A stretch of DNA of 64,000 nucleotides from Gammaproteobacteria bacterium (GTDB taxonomy: Bacteria > Pseudomonadota > Gammaproteobacteria > Eutrophobiales > Eutrophobiaceae): positions 640,001-704,000 of the forward strand of contig OZ220696.1 in NCBI GenBank assembly GCA_965116495.1. The letters run 5' to 3'. Every line of letters begins with the position of its first letter. Positions within the stretch are counted from its first letter, which is position 1. Positions 48,267-57,434 of the stretch are shown here, piece by piece. The translations under genes and the position numbers were made by a program. Below the pieces are notes generated by a model, which made no database searches, was not told the origin of the DNA, and was given only the letters and a program-made list of their open reading frames with translations.

Positions 48267-49310
48267 GTGGGCGCTGTGAACCTTACCCGCCGCAAGCTGG
48301 TGCAATCATCAGTTGCGGTCGCACTTCTTGTTGCACTTTTCCGCACAAAGATACAGGCGGACGATAAGTGCGTGAATCTTTACGCTGACGCTAACCTGAG
48401 CGCTTACGGTTTCCCGGACGGTCATCCGTTGGGTATCGACCGCCAGGGCGCGTTTCTGCGCGAGGCAACCGCTCAAGGCCTGCTCGAAGACACGACCAGG
48501 CGCACCGCGCGGGAGGCATTACGGGAAGAATTGCTGCGTTTTCACAGTGATGAATACGTTGAACTGGTATTTACGGCAGAAGAACGCGGTTTACACCTGC
48601 TTGATGACGGAGATACCCCGGTCTTTCCCGGCGTTTACAGTGCCTCTGCACATGTGGTCGGCGCGGCCCTGGATGGCCTGGCGCAGGTTATGGACGGTCA
48701 CTGCCTGCGCAGCCTTCAACCAATCGGCGGTCTCCATCATGCGGGTCGCACACATGCCGCCGGCTTCTGCGTGTTCAACGACCTGGGCGTAGTAATCGAG
48801 ACGTTACGGCGTGTATATGACGTCCGGCGCGTCGGATACCTCGACATCGACGTACACCACGGCGATGGCGTATTTTACGCGTTCGAAGACGATCCGGACC
48901 TGATCTTTGCGGATATTCACCAGGACGCACGCACGCTTTACCCCGGTACGGGCCGGGCGCACGAAACCGGCAAGGGCAGTGCTGAAGGCAGCAAACTCAA
49001 CATTGAGTTAGCGCCGTTTTCAGGCGATGCCGAATTCATGCAAGCATGGCCGCGGGTAGAGGCGCATTTCGAGGCATTCCAGCCCGAGTTCTTTGTCTTT
49101 CAGTGCGGCGCCGATGGCCTCAAGGGCGATCCCCTGGCGCAGCTTGAATACTCACCCGCCGTGCACGCGCATGCAACACAACGGATGGTGAGGCTGGCAG
49201 ATAAATTCGCCGGGGGACGTATTATGGCGTTCGGGGGTGGCGGTTACGATCGATCCAACCTGGCGCAGGCATGGAGTGCCGTACTGGGCGGGCTCGTGGG
49301 TGAACCATGA
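48267..49310 (+). CDS. Histone deacetylase/AcuC family deacylase with twin-arginine-like leader
   Basis: GGLHHA, GFCVFND, DIDVHHGDG, QCGADG, GGGGY; N-terminus LTRRKLVQSSVAVALLVA. Confidence 0.9.
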   Translation: MGAVNLTRRKLVQSSVAVALLVALFRTKIQADDKCVNLYADANLSAYGFPDGHPLGIDRQGAFLREATAQGLLEDTTRRTAREALREELLRFHSDEYVELVFTAEERGLHLLDDGDTPVFPGVYSASAHVVGAALDGLAQVMDGHCLRSLQPIGGLHHAGRTHAAGFCVFNDLGVVIETLRRVYDVRRVGYLDIDVHHGDGVFYAFEDDPDLIFADIHQDARTLYPGTGRAHETGKGSAEGSKLNIELAPFSGDAEFMQAWPRVEAHFEAFQPEFFVFQCGADGLKGDPLAQLEYSPAVHAHATQRMVRLADKFAGGRIMAFGGGGYDRSNLAQAWSAVLGGLVGEP

Positions 49311-49332
49311 AGATTGGCGTATACGGCGTATT

Positions 49333-50301
49333 TTATTTGTCTTCACGTCTGGCCAGTACCAGATCCGACAGCTTCGGGCCATAGCCCGGCTCAGACCAGG
49401 GGCAGATCTCAACGCAGATGGAACAGCCGGTGGTCTTGGAGAAATACCAGGCGCAGCGGTCATAATCCACATACCACTTCTCTACGCCCCTGACCATTTT
49501 CTTTTCGTCGTATATAGCGTCCGGAGGACAAAACCGGGTGCAAGCCCGGCAGGTTGCACAGAAGTCGTCGACACCGATATCAACCGCTGAATCCGTCGCC
49601 ATAGGCAGATCCGTCAATACCATGGTCAGGCGGAAGTTTGATCCGAATTCCCTGTTGATTAATGAGCCGTGTTTCCCCAGTTGCCCCAGTCCGGCTTGTA
49701 TGGCGGATGGCATCATCAGGATATCCCTGCCGACCGCGAAAGCTTCCGCGGGCCAGCCTAGAGAGCGGATATGCGCGGCCAGCCGGTTGGTATAGCCGGA
49801 ACTCCTGCGATAGGTTCTGACCACCTCCAGCCCCGCCTCCGGCTGGGGGACCTGTTCCATTGTCTTGCGGTCCTGCTCTGTCCCCAGGCATATGGCATAT
49901 TTATAGGGGTAGGGTAGATCGTCCTCGTAAAGCAGCAGTTCATCCCTGGCCTCGGTGACGCCCACCACGTCAAAACCAATCTCCTTTGCCTGTTGCTTGA
50001 CATGTTCTGCCATGGAGGCCGGATCATCGACTTCGATGCGACGTTTAGCGACGCGGCCACGGGCCTTTCTGCTTTCGAACATACCCAGGATAAATTCCTT
50101 GAATATCGACCACGGCATCGTCATGAAAAAGAAATCAAACAAGGCCTTGTAGTCGTAGTCCTCAATTGTGAAGTCGTCCGGAGCTATCTTTCTGGGTGGG
50201 AACTTTTCCGGCACGCCCAGGCCATTAACTTCATTACCGGAACGCGGCGGATCCAGGTAGGCGTAACCGTATTCAGGCGCCGGTGGCTGCTTGGGTCTCA
50301 C
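49333..50301 (-). CDS. Reductive dehalogenase/QueG-like protein with two 4Fe-4S clusters
   Basis: KQQAKEIGFDVVGV, AIQAGLGQLGKHGSLINREFGSNFRL..VLTDLP, FCATCRACTRFCPPDAI, KWYVDYDRC...CSICVEICPW. Confidence 0.82.
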   Translation of the reverse strand: MRPKQPPAPEYGYAYLDPPRSGNEVNGLGVPEKFPPRKIAPDDFTIEDYDYKALFDFFFMTMPWSIFKEFILGMFESRKARGRVAKRRIEVDDPASMAEHVKQQAKEIGFDVVGVTEARDELLLYEDDLPYPYKYAICLGTEQDRKTMEQVPQPEAGLEVVRTYRRSSGYTNRLAAHIRSLGWPAEAFAVGRDILMMPSAIQAGLGQLGKHGSLINREFGSNFRLTMVLTDLPMATDSAVDIGVDDFCATCRACTRFCPPDAIYDEKKMVRGVEKWYVDYDRCAWYFSKTTGCSICVEICPWSEPGYGPKLSDLVLARREDK

Positions 50302-50507
50302 GGGCTGTTCTTACCGGATGGCAAACGATCGACATAGAACAGGCGGCCTTTCTTGAGCGCTTTTCTATAGGCGCGGCGTACGAGGCTTCCAAATATCGCC
50401 CATGCCAGGAAGGTCTGTAGCACATAAAACGCGAATACGATCGTGTGTTTGCATTGCGCTAGAAAACCGTATCCGTGCACATCGAATTTACTGTTAGTAT
50501 CGGACAT
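50298..50507 (-). CDS. Small membrane protein translationally coupled to the dehalogenase-like gene
   Basis: 69 aa, one hydrophobic helix followed by a basic tail, GTGA overlap. Confidence 0.6.
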   Translation of the reverse strand: MSDTNSKFDVHGYGFLAQCKHTIVFAFYVLQTFLAWAIFGSLVRRAYRKALKKGRLFYVDRLPSGKNSP

Positions 50508-50595
50508 AAGACTGAGACACTATATTTGCAACCTTGATACAATACTGTAGCGGCTGCTGGCTGGAAAGAACAGGAATATTGGTACAACAGGCGCG

Positions 50596-50904
50596 ATGTT
50601 GACGGTCGGCACGGACTGGGTTGTCACCCCGACCCCGAACCTGTTCCCGGCCCTGGAGGGCATGCTTGACCGGGGAGATGAATCGCTCGATTTGCCGGCG
50701 GCGATCAATGCATTGACCATTAACGGCGCCTTTGCCGTGGGCCGGGAGGCTTCCAGCGGCTCCCTGCAAGAGGGCAAAGACGCCGATTTCATCGTATTGG
50801 ACCGTAACCTGTTTGAAATTCCAATTGCTGACATCAGTGAAACGCGCGTTTTGAGAACGGTATTCGAAGGAGGTACCGTCTTCAATGCTGAGGAGAGTCG
50901 ATAG
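50596..50904 (+). pseudogene. C-terminal remnant of a third Amidohydro_3 enzyme
   Basis: GTDWVV..PN.FPALE...AINALTINGA...GSLQEGKDADFIVLDRNLFEIP...TVFEG. The N-terminal ~450 aa are absent. Confidence 0.85.
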
Positions 50905-50939
50905 GGGACGGCAAGGGGCCTGCTCAGAAGTTATGACAG

Positions 50940-51887
50940 TTAATTGAGCGCATACATCCGGGTACTGATCTCAGCATTCAGTTTTCCGGCTTCTTTCCTC
51001 AGATTATCCAGAAAGCTGGAAACCAGTCTGGTCTCGCTGCCTGTTTTCGGCAGGACCAGGTAAATATCGAATTTATAATCAAAGTCGAAAGGAATCCATA
51101 CGAGGCCCTTCATTTCATAGTCCATTGCTTCTAATACAGGAACAAGTGCAACACCCAATCCGCAACTCACAAATTCGCATGCAACGTGACTCGTTGAGAC
51201 ACTGATCATGCTCCTTGGTTTGACTTTATCTGCATCCAGCTTGTTTTTTACAGCCGACCGCCAGTCTTCCTTTTCCGACTTCCATTCATCTACTTGTGTC
51301 AAGGTGATCAGGGTTTCCCCATTAAAGTCGCTCGAGGATATAACCGGCCGGCCCGCTTTTTTGTGGTCCGGCGGCAGCACACAAACCAGTGGTAATTGCA
51401 TCAACAGTTCCTGTCTGACACCAATGTTGTCTCCCATCTCCATACAAAAGCCCAAATCGACACGCCCGGAAGCGACCCATGTGCCGATATCCTGGGTTGT
51501 GCTTACCAGTAAAGAGACTGAATAATGATCGTACGCCCGGAGGAATCCCGTCACGACCTGCGGCAACCACCTGTACGACAGGCTGTGCATCGAACCGATT
51601 TTGATCTCGTACTTCACTTCGCCGGACAGGTGTTTTACAAAGTTCTCGAGGTGGGAAACACCGACATAGGTGCGTTTGATCTCTTCATACAGCGCCTGGG
51701 CTTCCGGCGTTGGAACCAGGCGGTTATTGTTGCGCACGAACAGATTGACACCGCTGCTCGCCTCCAGCAATTTCAAGTGTTTGCTCACGGACGGCTGCGA
51801 AATCCGTAAGTGGAGGGCCGCGGTGGTCGTCGAGCCATGCTCCATGACGGCAGCGAATACCTCTATCTGTTTAATGTTCAGCTTCAT
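50940..51887 (-). CDS. LysR family transcriptional regulator
   Basis: LNIKQIEVFAAVMEHGSTTTAALHLRISQPSVSKHLKLLE...LFVR. Confidence 0.95.
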   Translation of the reverse strand: MKLNIKQIEVFAAVMEHGSTTTAALHLRISQPSVSKHLKLLEASSGVNLFVRNNNRLVPTPEAQALYEEIKRTYVGVSHLENFVKHLSGEVKYEIKIGSMHSLSYRWLPQVVTGFLRAYDHYSVSLLVSTTQDIGTWVASGRVDLGFCMEMGDNIGVRQELLMQLPLVCVLPPDHKKAGRPVISSSDFNGETLITLTQVDEWKSEKEDWRSAVKNKLDADKVKPRSMISVSTSHVACEFVSCGLGVALVPVLEAMDYEMKGLVWIPFDFDYKFDIYLVLPKTGSETRLVSSFLDNLRKEAGKLNAEISTRMYALN

Positions 51888-52017
51888 ACTTTTACCCGGC
51901 GGCCCGGTATTCTCTCAATATATAGCCGAACCAGGTTGATTAGTCTATGCTGGTATCGAAGAAATCATATCCAGGATATCATTTTGCCTACAGCATTATG
52001 CCAATACAGGTTCTGAC

Positions 52018-52704
52018 ATGAAAAGACGCAGTTGTTCCTTTTATATTCTGGCAGTCATGACTGCATTCAGTGTGTGTGGGTTCGGCGCGGAGGAGAAGCC
52101 CCCCAATGTTATCCTGATCCTCGCAGATAATTTGAACCCTGACTTACTGGGTCCTTACGGGAATACGGAAATAAGGACGCCGAACCTGGATAAAATGGCA
52201 CGTGATGGGCTCACGTTCGATCGGGCATTCTCAGTCAGTGGAGTTTGTTCTCCGGCCAGGGCTTCACTGTTGACCGGGTTGTTACCCTCTCAGACAGGTG
52301 TCCACAATGCGTTGCCTTCAGGTTTCGGGGTGCAAAACTGGTCAGCAATCGAGGAGTTTCGCAATCTACCACAGACTTTAAGTGACGCTGGATACGTGAC
52401 GGGACTGGTAGGTAAATACCATCTTGGGCAGCCGGATAATGCGCAGTTGGGATTTGACTACTGGGTGACACTTCCCAGCGGTCACACCAATAGTTTTTTT
52501 GGCGCTACAATTATTGACAATAATCGAACCTATTGGGAAGAGGACACCCATTTGACGGATTTCTGGACGGCAAAGGCGGAAGAGTTCATCCGTCGAAATA
52601 CCAGCGGGACCCATCCTTTTTTTCTGTTTCTCTCCTATAACGGCCCTTATAACCTTGCGCCGGTAGTGCTGAATCCTCCGAACAACCGCATTTTCAGGGA
52701 CTGA
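52018..52704 (+). pseudogene. Truncated formylglycine-dependent sulfatase (N-terminal half)
   Basis: PNVILILAD, TPNLD, CSPARASLLTG, GKYHLG, PFFLFLSY. It stops at 228 aa, 1 bp from the dctM stop. Confidence 0.82.
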
Positions 52705-52705
52705 A

Positions 52706-54007
52706 TTATGCGGTCATCAACTCCGGCAGCCAGAGCGCAAGCCAGGGGAAGAAAACGAGCAAAACCACCGCCAGCAGCATCAACAGAAACATCGGAAATG
52801 CAGCTTTTGAAACCACGGCAATACCGGCGCCGCTCATGGCATCAACCAGGAATAAATTAAAACCTATCGGCGGGGTGAGTAAAGCCATTTCGCTGACGAG
52901 CACGATGAATACGCCGAACCAGATCATATCTATTCCGGCGCTGCGCAGCAATGGCTCCAGAATGGCCATGGTCAGTAATATCATGGAAAAACCATCCAGA
53001 AACATTCCGAGAAACAAATAGAATAACGTCAGCACGGCTATCAACATCATTGGCGAAAGATTCATGCTGCCTATCCAGTAGGCAAGGTCGCCGGGTAAGC
53101 CGGTAAACGCCATGGCAAGGCCAAGGAATGAACTGCCGGCAATCAATAACATGATCATTGACATGACCTGGACGGTGCCATCCAGTGAATGGACCAGGGT
53201 TTTGACGGACAGGCTGCCCTGGAAAAAAGACAGTACCAGCGCGCCGATCACACCAACTGCGGCGGCCTCTATCGGCGAGGCTATACCAAGAAAAATGGAG
53301 CCGATGACCGATCCAATCAGAATCACCACCGGTAGAAGCTTTACAAGCCCCCCGATTTTTTCAGCCAGGGTCGCATGGGCTTCGCGCAATGATCGCCCTT
53401 CCGCGGTAAGCAGCCCCCAGGAAAAAATATAACCGGAGAACAAAAGAGATAACATCAAACCGGGAATAACGCCTGCGATAAAAAGACGCCCAATGGATTC
53501 TTCCACCGTCACGCCATACACAATCAGGGTTATCGACGGCGGGATCAGGAGACCGACAGTTCCGGCGCCGGCCAGGCTTCCCAGTGCCAACGAGGCGGGA
53601 TAGCCATGTTTTTTCAACTCGGGAATGGTCATCTTGCCGACCGTCGTCAGGGTTGCAGCGCTGGAGCCCGACAGGGCCGCAAAGGTGGCGCATCCCAGGG
53701 TATTAACGTGCAACAGGCCTCCGGGCAGGCGCCGCAACCATGGCGAGAGTCCGGAAAACAGATTTTCCGACAGTTTCGAGCGGAACAGTATCTCGCCCAT
53801 CCAGATGAACAGCGGCAGCGAAGTCAGACTCCAGGTTGCTGAATGGGACCAGATAGTCGTTGCCATTGCGTCCCCGAAATTCAAATCCGTAAACAGCAAC
53901 ATGGCCACCATACCGGTCGCCAGCAGCGACAAGCCGACCCAGACCCCGAGTCCGAGTAAAGCGAGCAGCGCGAAAATCAGAAAAAATACTGCGATTATCT
54001 GTTCCAT
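52706..54007 (-). CDS. dctM: TRAP transporter large permease
   Basis: LPLFIWMGEIL, FAALSGSSAAT, GTVGLLIPPS, TPPIGFNLF. Confidence 0.95.
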   Translation of the reverse strand: MEQIIAVFFLIFALLALLGLGVWVGLSLLATGMVAMLLFTDLNFGDAMATTIWSHSATWSLTSLPLFIWMGEILFRSKLSENLFSGLSPWLRRLPGGLLHVNTLGCATFAALSGSSAATLTTVGKMTIPELKKHGYPASLALGSLAGAGTVGLLIPPSITLIVYGVTVEESIGRLFIAGVIPGLMLSLLFSGYIFSWGLLTAEGRSLREAHATLAEKIGGLVKLLPVVILIGSVIGSIFLGIASPIEAAAVGVIGALVLSFFQGSLSVKTLVHSLDGTVQVMSMIMLLIAGSSFLGLAMAFTGLPGDLAYWIGSMNLSPMMLIAVLTLFYLFLGMFLDGFSMILLTMAILEPLLRSAGIDMIWFGVFIVLVSEMALLTPPIGFNLFLVDAMSGAGIAVVSKAAFPMFLLMLLAVVLLVFFPWLALWLPELMTA

Positions 54008-54042
54008 GAAAGGCGCCGGTCTAAAATGGATGGATAAGGCGG

Positions 54043-54597
54043 CTATTCATGGCCGTGAGTTACAGGATTCAGCTCTCGTAATAGCGCATGTACGAGGGAA
54101 ACCGTTAAAACAAGGAAACCGAACGCCATCGGCGCTTGCGGGATCCAGAGTCGTCTGTCTAGTATTTCATCTGTTCCAGTACTTCGATCGTCCAGGATTA
54201 CCGAAACCAATACCATTTTGACCAGGTAGAAACTCATGAAGGAACTAAGCCCCGTTGCGAGAAACAGGCTGAGCACCTCCATTGCCTTACGCACCAGGCC
54301 CTGTGTCCGGTTGAGCAATAGCGTCATCCTGATATGTTTGTTCAGGCCGAAGGTGTAAGCCAGTCCCAGGGCGCCGGCCGCGCCGACGCAATAACTTGCA
54401 AACTCGTTGGTGCCGGGGGTGTAGCTACCCAGTATTCTGTCGACTATATTTATGAGCACTGACACGAGTGTCATCAACACGAACAGGGATGCCAGGTAAC
54501 CGCAGGTGCGGTAAGTGGCATTCAGGGCACTTTCAACAAACCTGGTCACAGGATTTCTCATACGGGTTATATGATTACGCTCCAGACATGCTTCCAA
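54043..54597 (-). CDS. dctQ: TRAP transporter small permease (start possibly 54561)
   Basis: Four TM segments, HIRM and WIPQ motifs, between dctP and dctM. Confidence 0.9.
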   Translation of the reverse strand: MEACLERNHITRMRNPVTRFVESALNATYRTCGYLASLFVLMTLVSVLINIVDRILGSYTPGTNEFASYCVGAAGALGLAYTFGLNKHIRMTLLLNRTQGLVRKAMEVLSLFLATGLSSFMSFYLVKMVLVSVILDDRSTGTDEILDRRLWIPQAPMAFGFLVLTVSLVHALLRELNPVTHGHE

Positions 54598-54600
54598 ACA

Positions 54601-55584
54601 TCAGGGGCTGCGCAGTTTCCGAAGAATTGATTCACCTTCAGCGCCGGCGCGCAGCACCCATTCTGACGCCATCTGCTGCCCTATTTGTTCGAAATAACCG
54701 GCCATCTCAGGGGAGACATCCTGTACTGTCATTCCTGCCTGTCGCATCGTCGCGTTATATGAATTCTCCATGGTGACAACGTCCGACCAGATTGCCTGTT
54801 CGGTTTCAGTTGCAATCCGCAGTATCGTGGATTGCGACCCGGCATCGAGATCGTTCCAGGCGTCCAGGTTTGCGATAACGGAAGAAGTCGGAAACTCAGC
54901 ATTGATTGTGTAGTAGTGATCAATGTAATCCCACAGTTTCTGGGACACTCCGGTTGCTCCCGAGGCAAACGATCCGTCGATGACGGATGTTGAAAATGCA
55001 AGGGCAATTTCCGAAGGTTCGGTTTTTGTCGGAATGCCGTTGGCGAGTTGAACTATCCTGGTCGTCGTATAGTTATAAGTCCGTATCTTCATGCCCTTTA
55101 AGTCCTCAGGGTTTTCCAGGCGTTTCGCGGAGAACAGGCCCTGCGGGTTCCACAATGCACTGTAGACAAGTTTCAGGTTTTTTCTCCTGAGAACTTCCTC
55201 GAGCGCAGGTCTGGATATCGTAATTAGCCTTTTTGCTTCTTCCACATCCTTGACCAGGAACGGCAGGTTGCCGAGTGCGAAAAACGGATGTTCACTCGGG
55301 TGTAAAAACAGACCCGTGGAACCGATATGCACCTGCCCGGTCCGCACTGCACGAAAAATATCCGCTGCCTTGAACAGGGACCCCCCAGTGTGAACAGCAA
55401 TTCTAAGCCTTCCCTCAGTTTCGCGTTCAACCCTCTCTGCAAATTTAATATGATGCCCGGTAACGAATGCGTTCGACGAAATGGGCGTCGGGAAATGCCA
55501 GACCTGTTCCCCCCAGGCCGGCATGACTCCCGGTAATGAAAGCAGGAATCCTGCCCACAATCGCAGTATCACGCTGGCCCGCAT
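54601..55584 (-). CDS. dctP: TRAP transporter substrate-binding protein
   Basis: Signal peptide, FAERVERETEGRL, GGSLF, LPFL, DLKGMKIR. Confidence 0.93.
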   Translation of the reverse strand: MRASVILRLWAGFLLSLPGVMPAWGEQVWHFPTPISSNAFVTGHHIKFAERVERETEGRLRIAVHTGGSLFKAADIFRAVRTGQVHIGSTGLFLHPSEHPFFALGNLPFLVKDVEEAKRLITISRPALEEVLRRKNLKLVYSALWNPQGLFSAKRLENPEDLKGMKIRTYNYTTTRIVQLANGIPTKTEPSEIALAFSTSVIDGSFASGATGVSQKLWDYIDHYYTINAEFPTSSVIANLDAWNDLDAGSQSTILRIATETEQAIWSDVVTMENSYNATMRQAGMTVQDVSPEMAGYFEQIGQQMASEWVLRAGAEGESILRKLRSP

Positions 55585-55645
55585 ACCTCACCAAGGGATG
55601 CGGGCTTTATCAAGCACTGATTTGTAGGCTGCTATCATTTGACTT

Positions 55646-57208
55646 TTACCCGCAATTACCGCCTGTATCGGGAATTCGGAACACATCTCTCTGAAACGTC
55701 ATAAATTGCTCCACCTGCGCGCGCTGCTCCTCATCCGACCAGTGCAGGAGCGGCCCGACAATGTCCGCGGCGCTTTGAACTTCGGAAACTGTGAGCTTGC
55801 GCCGCCAGGCCAGGCTAGTCCGGCGCAGCAACACATCGGCGAGTGTTTTTGCGAATTCCCGCCTTACGCTGTTCTCCAGATGCGAAACGCGCACCTCCGG
55901 CTCGTCAGCAACAAACGACGGGGAATTGTCGCCATTGGAAAATTCGAAAGGCTCGTAGTTTACCTGCCCCTTGTTCCCGGAGGGTTTCAATAGCGCTGCT
56001 ACGGCTTCCAGAAGCAATCGTCCCGTACTCCTGTGACTCATTATGGGGCCGCCGGTCAGGGCAAATACGCCGGGAAAACCTTGCGCGGTTAAATCGTGCA
56101 GCATGCGGGTGCGGGTCTGCAGGCCGTCTTCGCTGGGGGTCAAAGAGCGTATTCCGGCCCAGCTGCTCACTACATCTTTACGGCTCAACCGGCGTCCGGG
56201 CAACAGCGTATTGAATTCTTCGATGAGAAAGTCGATGTCATCTTCGCTACAGGATACATTCGTAGCATCGCCGTCAAACGGTGTTTCGGTCACACCGATC
56301 GAAAACAGGTTCTTGTGAAACGGCAGAACGTAAAATGGTTCTCCATGCCGATTTACGTGGGCAATGCCAAAACCGTTGTAGGTTTCGGGCAACTCTACCA
56401 CGATGTGGGAGCCTTTGGTCATTTGCACGATTGGTTTTTTGCCCGGAGTGGACGGCAGAACATCGTCTGTCCAGGTGCCTGCCATGTTCAAAACCACCGG
56501 CGCTGTCACCTCTATTGCGGAAAGGTGCATGTTGGCAACATCGCGCAGGTATACAACCCAGTCGCCATCGGATTTTCGTTGTTTTATACCGGCTTTACAA
56601 TAATTGACCAATGTGGCGCCGTTCCTTTGCGCGTCCAGCAACATATCGATACAGAAACGCTCCGGCCAATCAAATTTGAATTCATTGTAGCAGGCGATCG
56701 AATGAAGTTTGTCAGGGTCCCGCAAATCCTCAAAGAACGGCACTGTGTCGGAATGGTTTTGCCTGACTATTTCATGATCCAACTGGGCACTGCCGTCACC
56801 CAGCAGGCTCAGCAGCCTCAGTCCCGCATCCAGGTGCCAGGTCTTGAATTCACCATCACGATAAACGGGAAAACACATCCTGTACCGGAAAATACGATTG
56901 CCCGCGTTAACCATGTGTTCACTTACACCCTGCATGGCCTGGCGCGCGCCCCGCACTGCGTTCAGGAAAAAACCGGGGTGCAGCGCGAAATGCCTTAGCG
57001 GGTTTCTTGCCTCGAAGAACCTCAGGCCGATGTGGAGCATCCGGCCCGACCTGCCGCTGGCTCCTGATCCGAAGTCTTCCTTGTCGACCAACAGGCAGTC
57101 GTATCCCTCCGCCGCCAGGTTCTGTGCGGCGCTGGAACCGTTGATCCCTCCACCTATGACAATTACATCGAAACGTCGTCCCTGAAGCTCCGGAACAGCA
57201 GATTCCAC
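55646..57208 (-). CDS. GlpD-like FAD-dependent dehydrogenase/oxidase
   Basis: FDVIVIGGGING, DFGSGASGRSGRMLHIGLRF, LNMAGTW, KGSHIVV, WAGIRSL, DVLLRRT. Confidence 0.85.
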   Translation of the reverse strand: MESAVPELQGRRFDVIVIGGGINGSSAAQNLAAEGYDCLLVDKEDFGSGASGRSGRMLHIGLRFFEARNPLRHFALHPGFFLNAVRGARQAMQGVSEHMVNAGNRIFRYRMCFPVYRDGEFKTWHLDAGLRLLSLLGDGSAQLDHEIVRQNHSDTVPFFEDLRDPDKLHSIACYNEFKFDWPERFCIDMLLDAQRNGATLVNYCKAGIKQRKSDGDWVVYLRDVANMHLSAIEVTAPVVLNMAGTWTDDVLPSTPGKKPIVQMTKGSHIVVELPETYNGFGIAHVNRHGEPFYVLPFHKNLFSIGVTETPFDGDATNVSCSEDDIDFLIEEFNTLLPGRRLSRKDVVSSWAGIRSLTPSEDGLQTRTRMLHDLTAQGFPGVFALTGGPIMSHRSTGRLLLEAVAALLKPSGNKGQVNYEPFEFSNGDNSPSFVADEPEVRVSHLENSVRREFAKTLADVLLRRTSLAWRRKLTVSEVQSAADIVGPLLHWSDEEQRAQVEQFMTFQRDVFRIPDTGGNCG

Positions 57209-57434
57209 TTGTGTAACCCCGATCTGGCTATGTATGTACTTTAAGATTTATACTGCGCCGTGAAGAGACCGTACAATACTTTATTCTCATGCAGGTATCA
57301 TAATAACGCATGACCGTGGCAGGACTGCTTCACAACATTCAATTAATTAATAGTGTTGGCAAATAATTGTATTGGATGAAATTTGCTTATTGATATGTAC
57401 TTCCAACGATTATGACCAGTTTAGGGGATATATT

